From NCBI GenBank assembly GCA_005776365.1, contig SXPK01000002.1:1-47653 (forward strand): a DNA stretch of 47,653 nucleotides, in the 5' to 3' direction. The notes under the pieces were generated by a model. The model did not search any database, was not told the origin of the DNA, and worked only from the letters and a program-made list of their open reading frames with translations. Shown in pieces: positions 8,760 to 17,286 of this stretch. Source of the stretch: Planctomycetia bacterium. GTDB lineage: Bacteria; Planctomycetota; UBA1135; UBA2386. Within the stretch, counting starts at the first letter, position 1; the number at the start of each line of letters is the position of its first letter. The translations under genes and the position numbers were made by a program.

Positions 8760-10403
8760 ATGCCGGCGAAGTTGCCTCATGCCCGCGTCCTTGTCGCCGC
8801 CTTGCTCTTGCTCGCCGCGACGCCGCCGGCGTGGTTTGTGGGCGCGGAGATCCTGGTCGTGCTCGGCCTTGCTGCCTGGTTTTCGCTCGCCGTCGGCACG
8901 GCGCGTCCCGTGCTCGCCAGTTACTGGATCGGCGCGCTGCACGTCGGCGCCTTCTCGTGGTCGTTGCGCCACGTCTCCTGGTTCGGTTGGTTTGCGGTCG
9001 CGGTTCTTGGCGGCCTCTACTACGCGGCGGCGGCGATGGCGACGCAACGCGCGGCGCGCGGGGGGCGGCATTGTTCTGCGATCCTCACGTTTGCGATCGT
9101 CGTTGCTGGCTCGTGCTGGCTGCGCGCCGAAATGCCGGGCATCGCCTACCCGCACGGTCAGTTTGCGCATGCGTTCTGGCAATGGCCTGCGTTGCTCGCT
9201 GCCGTTTGCTGCGGCGGGGAGCCGTTGCAGAATGCGCTGCTGGCCGCGCTCGGCGCCGCGACGGCAAACGTCTGGGGGAGTTGGCGCACGGCAGTCGTGC
9301 CGATGCGCAATGCGCTGCGCTCGCTGCTGGTCGTCGTCTTCGCGTGGTTCTTGGTCACGATGCTTTTCGTGCGGCTGCCGCGATCCGAGTCGGGGCCGAC
9401 CGTGACGGTGGCTGCGATCGAGACCGGCCTGCATCCCTTCGACGCCTTCGCCGAGGTGACGGACAGGGCTGGCTACCTACGCCGTTGGCAAGAGATCGTT
9501 GAAGAACGGCTCATGGGGCCAACCCGCCAGATTGCGGGCCGCGATGCGATGGATCCGCCCGATCTGGTGTTGTGGCCGGAGAGCAGCGTGCCGTTCCCGG
9601 CGGTGTCGGTCGGCGGCAAGGTAGAACTGCAAGTGCTGCAAGGCGGCTATGTCCAACTGGCGCCGCAGTCGCGGCTATTGCTTGGTGGCGAAGTGCAGCG
9701 CGACAACGGTCGGCTGACCCCTGCCTCCTTGATGCTCGACGCGGAGGGTCGACTCGTCGGTCATCACGAGAAGCAACGCCTGGTGCCGGCGGGCGAGACG
9801 CTGCCGCTTGGTTGGTTGCCCGCGTCGTGGGCGCAGGCGATCCGTGAGTTCGCGCAGACCAAGGTCGGCATCCCGGACTTCGAACCAGGCCGTGCGCTGC
9901 CGCCGCTTCGGCTCGCCGCGGGTCGGGGCGATCGGGACGGCGCGCCGATTGCCGGGTTGATCTGCTACGACAACGCCTTCCACCAGCCCGTTGCCGACGC
10001 GGTAGCGCTCGGTGCCCGGCTCATCTGCGTGTTGTCCAACGAATCGTGGTATCGGGGCGGCGGCGAACTGGAGCAGCTCGCCGCGATCTCGGTGTTGCGG
10101 TCGCTCGCTTGCGATGTGCCGATCGTCCGGTGCACGACCGATGGCATGACGATGGCGGTCGACCGCGATGGCCGTGTCATTGCGGCCCTCGCTGATGCCC
10201 ACGCGCCGCAGGCGCAGGCGCGATCGTTGCGGGTCGAGGTCGAACTCGGTGACGGCCGCTTGCCGCCGCTCGCGAAGTGGCATCCGCGGGCGGGCTGGGC
10301 TTGTTCGGCTTGGCTGGTCCTTGCAGTTGGCATCGCGCTTTTGGGCCGCGGGCCGCGGCGATTGCTCGCCAGCAGCGCGGATCGCGACGGATCTGGTTCT
10401 TGA
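8760..10403 (+). CDS. lnt: Apolipoprotein N-acyltransferase Lnt
   Basis: The N-terminal half is multi-TM and the C-terminal half is a CN-hydrolase domain. The E/K/C triad contexts are LVLWPESS, HHEKQRLVPAGE and GLICYDNAF. The start could also be the ATG at 8724, which overlaps moeA by 22 nt. Confidence 0.85.
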   Translation: MPAKLPHARVLVAALLLLAATPPAWFVGAEILVVLGLAAWFSLAVGTARPVLASYWIGALHVGAFSWSLRHVSWFGWFAVAVLGGLYYAAAAMATQRAARGGRHCSAILTFAIVVAGSCWLRAEMPGIAYPHGQFAHAFWQWPALLAAVCCGGEPLQNALLAALGAATANVWGSWRTAVVPMRNALRSLLVVVFAWFLVTMLFVRLPRSESGPTVTVAAIETGLHPFDAFAEVTDRAGYLRRWQEIVEERLMGPTRQIAGRDAMDPPDLVLWPESSVPFPAVSVGGKVELQVLQGGYVQLAPQSRLLLGGEVQRDNGRLTPASLMLDAEGRLVGHHEKQRLVPAGETLPLGWLPASWAQAIREFAQTKVGIPDFEPGRALPPLRLAAGRGDRDGAPIAGLICYDNAFHQPVADAVALGARLICVLSNESWYRGGGELEQLAAISVLRSLACDVPIVRCTTDGMTMAVDRDGRVIAALADAHAPQAQARSLRVEVELGDGRLPPLAKWHPRAGWACSAWLVLAVGIALLGRGPRRLLASSADRDGSGS

Positions 10404-10541
10404 CGAGGTGGGGGACGAGGCTAGGATCTCGCGCCTTCGGCCTCCCCTCGGCCGCGTCGGTGTCCCCTACATTCGTGTCCGCCGCCGCAGCGTTACGGCC
10501 CTAGACCCCTCAACCTCGCAACCCCTTCCGCATGTAGCCTC

Positions 10542-10568
10542 GGCGTCCGAACGATCCCCTCGGACGCC
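10542..10568 (+). promoter_or_regulatory. 9-bp perfect stem-loop (GGCGTCCGA-N9-TCGGACGCC) in the leader of the coiled-coil gene, downstream of lnt
   Basis: This was read directly from the sequence. It lies 27 nt upstream of the ATG at 10595, just before the AAGGAG Shine-Dalgarno. There is no U-tract. Confidence 0.3.
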
Positions 10569-10594
10569 TGCTGGCAAGGAGCAACCTGGTCCCC

Positions 10595-11443
10595 ATGAGC
10601 CCCATCGGTCGCGTATTCATCGTCCTGAACCTGATTCTGGCAGGCACGTTCGTCGGTTTCTCAGGCACGCACCTGCAGAAGCAATTCAGCTGGAAGAAGC
10701 AGGCTGAGAAGGCCCAAGTAGATCTCGACACGGCGCGCAAGGACATGAGCTCGGAGATCGAGCGCCTGCGCTCGGACCTGTCGACAATGACGACGGCCAA
10801 GAGCACGTTGGAGACCGAGTTGAGCCAGACGCGCAATGAGCGCGACAACTCGAAGGACGAGGTCAAGCGCCTCGAGACGACCAACGCCAGCCAGGACGCG
10901 GACCTCAAGAAGCTCGCCAGCGAAATCGGCGGCATCAAGAGCAACGCCGATGCCGCGTTCACGCAAGCTCGCGAGGCCTACCAGGCTTCGCTCGCAGCGG
11001 GCAAGGACAAGGACGAGGCGGTCCGCACGAAGGACACAGCCGTCGCCGAGAACCGCGACCTCAAGAACCAGGTCACCGCGCTCAATGAGACGGTCAGCCA
11101 GAAGGACCTGCAACTCGCCGACGCCTCGGCCGAGAAGAGCCGCCTCAACCTGCTGGTCGATGTCGCCAAGGCCAAGGGCTTCCTCGAAGGCATGGCAGTC
11201 CCGGCGCTCGCCGGCACGGTCAGCTCGGTCACCGGCAACCTGTGCACGATCCTGGTCGACAAGACCGACGAGGAGATCAAGCCGGGCTACAGCTTCGCGA
11301 TCTATGACTCGACGGGCTACAAGGGCGAAGCCAAGGTGACCTCGGTTGACTCCGAGCGCCGTGCCGCCTTCTGCCGCCTCGAGATCAAGAGCGGCGAGAT
11401 CAAGACGGGCGACAAGGCCTCCACCCACCTCGCCGGCTACTGA
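10595..11443 (+). CDS. Membrane-anchored coiled-coil protein with a C-terminal beta-rich domain (function unknown)
   Basis: The product is 282 aa. It has an N-terminal TM helix (IGRVFIVLNLILAGTFVGF) and about 170 aa of heptad-like, Ala/Glu/Lys/Asp-rich sequence. A C-terminal segment follows (GTVSSVTGNLCTILVDKTDEEIKPGYSFAIYDSTGYKGEAKVTSV). An AAGGAG Shine-Dalgarno lies about 13 nt upstream of the ATG. Composition is unlike the Arg/Pro-rich shadow ORFs. Confidence 0.6.
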   Translation: MSPIGRVFIVLNLILAGTFVGFSGTHLQKQFSWKKQAEKAQVDLDTARKDMSSEIERLRSDLSTMTTAKSTLETELSQTRNERDNSKDEVKRLETTNASQDADLKKLASEIGGIKSNADAAFTQAREAYQASLAAGKDKDEAVRTKDTAVAENRDLKNQVTALNETVSQKDLQLADASAEKSRLNLLVDVAKAKGFLEGMAVPALAGTVSSVTGNLCTILVDKTDEEIKPGYSFAIYDSTGYKGEAKVTSVDSERRAAFCRLEIKSGEIKTGDKASTHLAGY

Positions 11444-11468
11444 GCCGCAAACCAAGGAGGCGCAGAAC

Positions 11469-11627
11469 ATGGCACGCAAGAACAAGGCAGATACGGCTCA
11501 AGCAGCCGCTGTCGAGCAGGTCGAGAAGCCGGGCCTGAACATGGACGAGGGCATCATCCTCGCCACGTTCTTCCTGTTGGTCGGGGCCCTTGTCTTCGTC
11601 TACCAAGCCAACCAAAGCCTGATCTGA
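11469..11627 (+). CDS. Small (52 aa) single-pass membrane protein
   Basis: The ATG at 11469 is in frame within track ORF 11346-11627 and is preceded by a strong AAGGAGG Shine-Dalgarno at 11453-11459. The sequence is MARKNKADTAQAAAVEQVEKPGLNMDEGIILATFFLLVGALVFVYQANQSLI, a charged N-terminus followed by one TM helix. Confidence 0.5.
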   Translation: MARKNKADTAQAAAVEQVEKPGLNMDEGIILATFFLLVGALVFVYQANQSLI

Positions 11628-11916
11628 TCGACATCGTTCCCGCGGCAGACACGAGCCGAGGGACTTGAGATCTGGGATCCGCGGCCCTGCCCATCGGCGA
11701 CGATGAGCCGGGCCGCAAGCGTTTGCGGCGCTCCGCGAATCGCCGCCGCCAGCCTCTGCCAATCGCCAAATGGGCGCGGTCTGTGGAAAGACTGCGGTGG
11801 ACACGAGGGAGGGCACTGCTACGTTCCTCGCCCGTCGCCTTGGTCCGGCGACGTGTGTGATTGCTGGTCGTCGGGCCGCTTTCGTGCCCGCAAGTCGAAG
11901 ACCCCTGGAGGGGTTC

Positions 11917-12975
11917 ATGGTCAAGACATTCGAGTGGCTCTTGGGTCGTTTCTCCGTCGATCTCGGCATCGACTTGGGCACGGCCAACACGCTCGTCAGC
12001 GTGCGCGATCGTGGCATCGTGCTCGACGAGCCTTCGGTGGTCGCCGTTCGCAAAGGCTCCAACGAAGTGCTGCTCGATGGCGGCGCAGTCGGTGAGGCTG
12101 CGATCGAGTATCTCGGCCGCACGCCGCCTGGCTTCCAGGCGATCCGGCCGATGAAGAGCGGCGTCATCGCTGACTTCGAAATCACCGAGAAGATGCTGCG
12201 CTACTTCATCCACAAGGCCGCAGGCGGCAAGAAGTGGATCAAGCCCCGCGTCGTCATCGCAGTGCCGTGGGGCATCACGATGGTCGAGAAGCGCGCGGTG
12301 ATCGGCTCGGCCGAACGCGCTGGCGCGCGTCGCGTGTTCTTGGTCGATGAGCCGACTGCGGCCGCGATCGGCGCCGGCCTGCCGGTGCACGAGCCGCGCG
12401 GCTCGATGATCGTCGACATCGGCGGCGGCACCAGCGAAGTCGCCGTCATCTCGCTCGCCAACGTCGTGACTGCAGAATGCTTGCGCGTCGCCGGTGACGA
12501 CTTCACCGACGCCATCGCTCAATACATTCGCAGCAAATACAACCTGCTGATCGGCGAGATCACGGCCGAGCGGCTGAAGATCGCTGCCGGCAGCTGTGTG
12601 CCGCTCGAAGAAGAGATCGAAGTCGAGATCCGCGGCCGCGACTCGCTGACTGGCTTGCCCAGGCGCATCGTGATCACGTCGGTGGACGTTCGCGAAGCGC
12701 TGCAGGATCCGGTCCGCAAGGTCGTCCATGCGATCAAGTCGGTGCTCGAACGCACGCCGCCCGAGCTGTCGTCGGACTTGGTCGACACCGGCGTCACGCT
12801 TGCCGGTGGCGGCGCCTTGCTGCGCGGCTTGCCGGACATGATCCAACGCGAGACCGATCTCGACGTCCGCGTCGCCGATCGTCCGCTCGAATGCGTCGCG
12901 CGCGGCACGGGCATCTTCCTCGAGAATCTCGAGCTCTACTCCCAGTTCCTCGAAGGCGGCGAAGACCTCGGCTGA
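11917..12975 (+). CDS. mreB: Rod shape-determining actin homologue MreB
   Basis: The start is taken at in-frame ATG 11917 (MVKTFEWLLGRFSVDLGIDLGTANTLV), with GGAGGGG upstream. Actin-fold phosphate and adenosine motifs are present (DLGTANT, VIAVPWGIT, MIVDIGGGTSEVAVIS, LAGGGALLRGL). Confidence 0.95.
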   Translation: MVKTFEWLLGRFSVDLGIDLGTANTLVSVRDRGIVLDEPSVVAVRKGSNEVLLDGGAVGEAAIEYLGRTPPGFQAIRPMKSGVIADFEITEKMLRYFIHKAAGGKKWIKPRVVIAVPWGITMVEKRAVIGSAERAGARRVFLVDEPTAAAIGAGLPVHEPRGSMIVDIGGGTSEVAVISLANVVTAECLRVAGDDFTDAIAQYIRSKYNLLIGEITAERLKIAAGSCVPLEEEIEVEIRGRDSLTGLPRRIVITSVDVREALQDPVRKVVHAIKSVLERTPPELSSDLVDTGVTLAGGGALLRGLPDMIQRETDLDVRVADRPLECVARGTGIFLENLELYSQFLEGGEDLG

Positions 12976-13013
12976 CGGCGGCGCCGCCGCCGGCGGCTTC
13001 GTCGTGAGGCACG

Positions 13014-14369
13014 ATGTCGACGCGCTCCGCTTTTCCGGTCGGGCTCTACGCGACGCTGTTGCTCGCGTTGTGCTGGCTTCTGTTGCCAGAGATGCTGCGC
13101 CCCGTCGAACGCGGCTTGCTCGGGCTCGCGTGCCTGCCGCAGCGCGCATGGTCCGTGTTGACGGGGTCACCCGCCGTCGCCGGCGAACACGAGACGGTCC
13201 AACGCGCGCGCTTGCATGCCCTCGAACTGTCGCTGCGCGAACGCAGCACGGCGCATGACATCGAGAGCGCGCGGGACCTGATGCCGTCTTCGCTGCTGCC
13301 CATTGCGTGCTCGGTGCTGGCAGCAGAGCGACGCGGTGGTGGCGGCATGCCGTGCGAGCTGCTGCTCGACCGCAGCTACCGCGACCTTGCGGGTTGTGTG
13401 GATCTGGTGACGCGCGGCGACGAGTTGCTCGGCTTCCTCGCGCGGCCAGGCATCGGCGCCGCCGTCGATGACGAAGTCGATGACCCCGCGCGCGTGTTGC
13501 TGCTGAATCACCCTGAGGGGCGCACGGTCGCGGCGTCGATGCCCTTGCCCGAAGGGGAACGTCTTCGCTGCGTCATCGCGCCAGCCGCCGCCGTGGATCC
13601 AGCGCCGATCCGAACGACTCTTCACGACGATCCATATCGTGCCTCGACGCTTGGTCACTCCGGCATCGAAGTGCGGACCGAAGCCCTCGACGCCGCGTGG
13701 ATCGGCGCGATGCCCGCCGGTCTGCTGATCGGCCGCACGCGCATCTGGGGCTACGAGACTGGCAGCGAGACGCTGACGATCGGCCTCTATGTCGAACCCG
13801 CCGTCGACTTCCGCGCGCTGCCGCAGGTCGTGGTGTGGCAGTCGGTCCCCGGCAGCGTGCCGCCACGCCTCTTGCCCGAGCGCGTGCAGGCGACGGCGTC
13901 GCCGTTGCCAGATCATGGCGGCGGGCGTTGGCTCGTGCAGGCTGCGCAGACGCTGCCGGACGGCGCTGCGGTGGTCCAGGACGGCGTGTGCCTTGGCACC
14001 TTGCGATCCGTCGCGTTCGGCCAAGGACTTTGCACGCCGTTCTCTGCCTCGCGCGCCAGCTGGTCCTTGTGGCTCCTTCCCGATGCACTTGGAGCCGCGC
14101 CCTTTGGCGTCTACGGCGAAGTGATCTACGCGTCGGGACCTTCGGCTTGGTTTCGTCCACGGCTGGAGTTCGACCCATTGCCCGCCGCCGGCGGGTCCGC
14201 ATTCGCATTCACGGGCAGCAATGGCGTGGATTGTCCGCCGGGCCTGTTGATCGGTCGCGCCGATCCGGACCTCGCGCGGCGGTTGTGGCGCATCACGGTG
14301 CCCGCGCTCTTTGGCCTGCAGCGCGTCGAAGCGCTGACGACGAACCTGTCGAAAGAGGCGCGGCGATGA
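13014..14369 (+). CDS. mreC: Rod shape-determining protein MreC, unusually long at 451 aa
   Basis: It sits between mreB and mreD and has an N-terminal TM helix. MreC-like beta-barrel signatures are present (VDLVTRGDELLGFLARPG...ARVLLLNHPEG and IGAMPAGLLIGRTRIW). A second PPGLLIGRADPD element lies near the C-terminus. Its TGA overlaps the mreD ATG. Confidence 0.65.
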   Translation: MSTRSAFPVGLYATLLLALCWLLLPEMLRPVERGLLGLACLPQRAWSVLTGSPAVAGEHETVQRARLHALELSLRERSTAHDIESARDLMPSSLLPIACSVLAAERRGGGGMPCELLLDRSYRDLAGCVDLVTRGDELLGFLARPGIGAAVDDEVDDPARVLLLNHPEGRTVAASMPLPEGERLRCVIAPAAAVDPAPIRTTLHDDPYRASTLGHSGIEVRTEALDAAWIGAMPAGLLIGRTRIWGYETGSETLTIGLYVEPAVDFRALPQVVVWQSVPGSVPPRLLPERVQATASPLPDHGGGRWLVQAAQTLPDGAAVVQDGVCLGTLRSVAFGQGLCTPFSASRASWSLWLLPDALGAAPFGVYGEVIYASGPSAWFRPRLEFDPLPAAGGSAFAFTGSNGVDCPPGLLIGRADPDLARRLWRITVPALFGLQRVEALTTNLSKEARR

Positions 14370-14848
14370 CGCGCTGGCTCGCGTGGTTCGTGCTCGCGCC
14401 GCAAGCGTTCCTGCTGTGCGGGCTCCTCGCTTCGCTGGGGCTGCCACGCATCGACTGCGCTGCCGCGATGTGCGTCTATCTCGCCCTGTTCGCCGACGTG
14501 CGCGCGCTGCCGGGGCTGCTGCTCGGCGCCGCAGTCGGACGCGCGCTGGTCGACGAGGCGGCGATTCCGGTGCAGATCCTCGTGATCGGCGTGCCGGTCG
14601 CGGTGTTGCTGCCGACTCGGCCGCTGTTCTACCGCCACCACCTTTGGTGGCAGGGGATTGCTGCGTTGGCCTGCGCGATCGCGGTGCCCAAGCTCGCTGG
14701 GCTGTGCGGCGAATGGTTTGGCCAGCCATCGGCGTCGTCGCAGTTGTCGTGGCCGACGGTGTTCTTCACCGCGTTGCTCGGGCCGCTGCTGTTCTGGCCG
14801 CTCAGCAAGTTGCCGCCGCTGCGATCGTTCGCGGAGAAGCTGACGTGA
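14366..14848 (+). CDS. mreD: Rod shape-determining protein MreD
   Basis: The in-frame ATG 14366 lies within track ORF 13697-14848 and forms an ATGA overlap with the mreC stop. The 160-aa product is very hydrophobic with 4-5 TM helices (MTRWLAWFVLAPQAFLLCGLLASLGL...). It occupies the canonical position between mreC and PBP2. Confidence 0.6.
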   Translation: MTRWLAWFVLAPQAFLLCGLLASLGLPRIDCAAAMCVYLALFADVRALPGLLLGAAVGRALVDEAAIPVQILVIGVPVAVLLPTRPLFYRHHLWWQGIAALACAIAVPKLAGLCGEWFGQPSASSQLSWPTVFFTALLGPLLFWPLSKLPPLRSFAEKLT

Positions 14849-17286
14849 CGGGTTCTGGATCGAGGTTGCTGCGGCTTTGCATCGCCTACGGCATCTGCCT
14901 CGTCGTCGTCGTCGCTCACCAGTTTCTTGTCATGGCATTGCAGCACGAAGAATGGAGCGTGCGCAGCTATCGCAATCGTTGGGCGTTCAAGGATGTCCCG
15001 TCTGTGCGCGGTGCGATCACGGATCGCGCCGGCGAGCCGATTGCGCACGACGAGCCGACCTTCTCGCTCGACTGTGTCTACGAACGATTCCGCCATCGGC
15101 ATCCAGTTGCCGTCGCCGTGCACGGCGCCACGCTGGCGACGCGGTTGTCGGGCGCAGAGACGCGCTACAGCTACTTCGGTGGCACGCTCGGACCGGCCGC
15201 GGCCGCGCGGGTGTTGTTGGCCGTGCCGGCGCATGCGCTGCTGCACGCGGACCTGCCGAAGGAAGAGAAGCGCGAACTGCAGTCCGCGGCGATCACGCTG
15301 CTCTCGTCGCTGGCGAAGAAGAGCCGCTCGCGCGTGCGCACGGATTTGCTCGCCGCTGCCGATGCTTCTACCGACGTGCCGGTCGGCGCCGCGATCCTTG
15401 GATTTGGCGCAGAGCAGCTGCTGCTGCAGTTCACCGCCGTGCAAGCCCGCTTGTCGGCGCTCGATCGTGCGTTGCAAGAAGCCGAGCAGCAGCGTCGCGG
15501 TGAGCCCGGCCACTTCGTCGATGAGGAATACGACGAGTTCGAGCCAGGGGCCGATGCCGCGCCTGCCGACGAGGCTCGTGCGGCAACCGTGCGCAAAGGC
15601 CTGCTGCAGCGTCTCGACCAGTTTCGCGTCGACAGCCTTTCGGGTCGACGCACGCGACCAGCATCCGAGGCCGGGCCAGAAGGCGAGCTGCTCGATCGTG
15701 TCGCACGGCCGTTGGCGCGCGATCTGCCCTTCCATCTTGCTGCGGCGGTGCGCATCGCGAGCGAGGACCAGCCGGGATTGTTCCTCGAGCCGGCCCTGCG
15801 GCGCGTGCGCGCCACAGACCTGCCGCCGTCGATCGCGGGTCTGCTCGGCGCAGTGCGTCCACTCGCCGCAGAACCGGTTGGCTCCGCTGCCGAACCCGAC
15901 TACCTGCGTGGTCGTGTCGACAGCGTTCTCGACGAGGGTCTCGACGAACTCGTTCCTGATGGCCTCACGGTGATCCCGGACTACCAGCACACGCTGCAGT
16001 CGCAGGCGCGCAACACCTACGCGAGCGTGCTGCGAGCGCGCGAACGTCGCGGCACCAGCGGCATCGAGCGCGCGCTCGATGAATCGCTGCGTGGCGAACC
16101 TGGCCTTCGTCTCGTCGAGCACGACCGTCGCTCGCGCGAGCAGCGGTTGTGGTCGAGCTTGCGCGTCGATCCTGGTGAGGACGCGCAGATCACGATCGAC
16201 CTGCGCCTGCAGCGGATGCTCGATGCCGAAGTCGACCGCGCGTTGTCACGCTGGGCAGCGGTCGCGCAGAGCCGGTCTGCCGACGTCGGCAAGGTCGAAG
16301 TGGGTTTGGCGCTGATCGACGCCGATTCAGGCGATGTGCTCGCGCTGGCCGGCGCGCCGCGTGAAGCCGATGGCGTGCCGCTCGTGCCGCCGGCATTGCG
16401 CTGGCGCGGCAACGGCGCGCTCGGCTCGATCGTGAAGCCGCTGTTCTTGCTCGAACAGTTGATCGCGCAGCGCGCGGGTTTTGCGCACGCGAATCTGGCA
16501 GCGCTCGAACCATGCCCGCAGAAGTGGCGCGCCAAGGATGGGCGCATCTACCGCTGCGATCATGCGCATTGGGCGGAAGGAACCGATCCAGTCGTCGCGC
16601 TGGCGAAGTCGTGCAACACGTTCTTCTTCCAGGTGGCCGAGGCGTTGGGGGAGGATGGCTTGCGCCGCGCGCTGTGGCGCTTTGGCATGTCCATGGCGGG
16701 AGCCGGTGGCGGCGATGGCCGTTACCAAGCGAGGCCGGCGGAGTTGACCGCGGGTCTTGCCGCCGAGCCGCGATGGCTCGACGGGGCGCAGGGCCTGCCG
16801 ATGCGCGGCGTCGGTTATGAACTCGAGGCCAATCCGCTCACGATCGCCCGCGCCTATGCAGCGCTCGCGACCGGCCGCTTGCCGACCTTGGGCCTGCGCT
16901 ATGGCGAGGCGCGAGCCTCCTATCCGCTCGGCGCGAACGAAGAAGAACTCGCGCTCGTGCGCCGTGGCCTCCTCGAGTGCGTCGAGTCCGGCACTGCGCA
17001 AAAGATCGAGGGCCTGTCGCGCGCCGGCGTCTACGGCAAGACCGGCACGGCCGAGATCCGGGTGTCCGGCAAGGATGCCAACAATGCGTGGTTCGCCGGC
17101 TACCTGGATCCAGTTCACACAGGCGCGCAACTCGCGTTCTGCGCGGTGGTCTACGCGGTGCCCGATCGCGTTCACGGCGCCGACGCAGCAGGGCTGCTCG
17201 TGGCGCAGGTGCTGAACGCGATCGCCGGCGATGCTGAGTTGTCCGCACGTTGGCTGCCGCCGCAGCGCGGAGGCGACCGCCGATGA
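14845..17286 (+). CDS. mrdA: Penicillin-binding protein 2 (elongasome transpeptidase) with an expanded N-terminal non-catalytic region
   Basis: The start is inferred at GTG 14845, a GTGA overlap with the mreD stop, which gives a TM anchor (LLRLCIAYGICLVVVVAH). An RGAITDRAGEPIA motif is present. The transpeptidase motifs are SxxK (GSIVKP), SxN (KSCNTFF) and KTG (GKTGTAE). The upstream part of the 967-aa track ORF overlaps mreD out of frame. Confidence 0.85.
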   Translation: MTGSGSRLLRLCIAYGICLVVVVAHQFLVMALQHEEWSVRSYRNRWAFKDVPSVRGAITDRAGEPIAHDEPTFSLDCVYERFRHRHPVAVAVHGATLATRLSGAETRYSYFGGTLGPAAAARVLLAVPAHALLHADLPKEEKRELQSAAITLLSSLAKKSRSRVRTDLLAAADASTDVPVGAAILGFGAEQLLLQFTAVQARLSALDRALQEAEQQRRGEPGHFVDEEYDEFEPGADAAPADEARAATVRKGLLQRLDQFRVDSLSGRRTRPASEAGPEGELLDRVARPLARDLPFHLAAAVRIASEDQPGLFLEPALRRVRATDLPPSIAGLLGAVRPLAAEPVGSAAEPDYLRGRVDSVLDEGLDELVPDGLTVIPDYQHTLQSQARNTYASVLRARERRGTSGIERALDESLRGEPGLRLVEHDRRSREQRLWSSLRVDPGEDAQITIDLRLQRMLDAEVDRALSRWAAVAQSRSADVGKVEVGLALIDADSGDVLALAGAPREADGVPLVPPALRWRGNGALGSIVKPLFLLEQLIAQRAGFAHANLAALEPCPQKWRAKDGRIYRCDHAHWAEGTDPVVALAKSCNTFFFQVAEALGEDGLRRALWRFGMSMAGAGGGDGRYQARPAELTAGLAAEPRWLDGAQGLPMRGVGYELEANPLTIARAYAALATGRLPTLGLRYGEARASYPLGANEEELALVRRGLLECVESGTAQKIEGLSRAGVYGKTGTAEIRVSGKDANNAWFAGYLDPVHTGAQLAFCAVVYAVPDRVHGADAAGLLVAQVLNAIAGDAELSARWLPPQRGGDRR

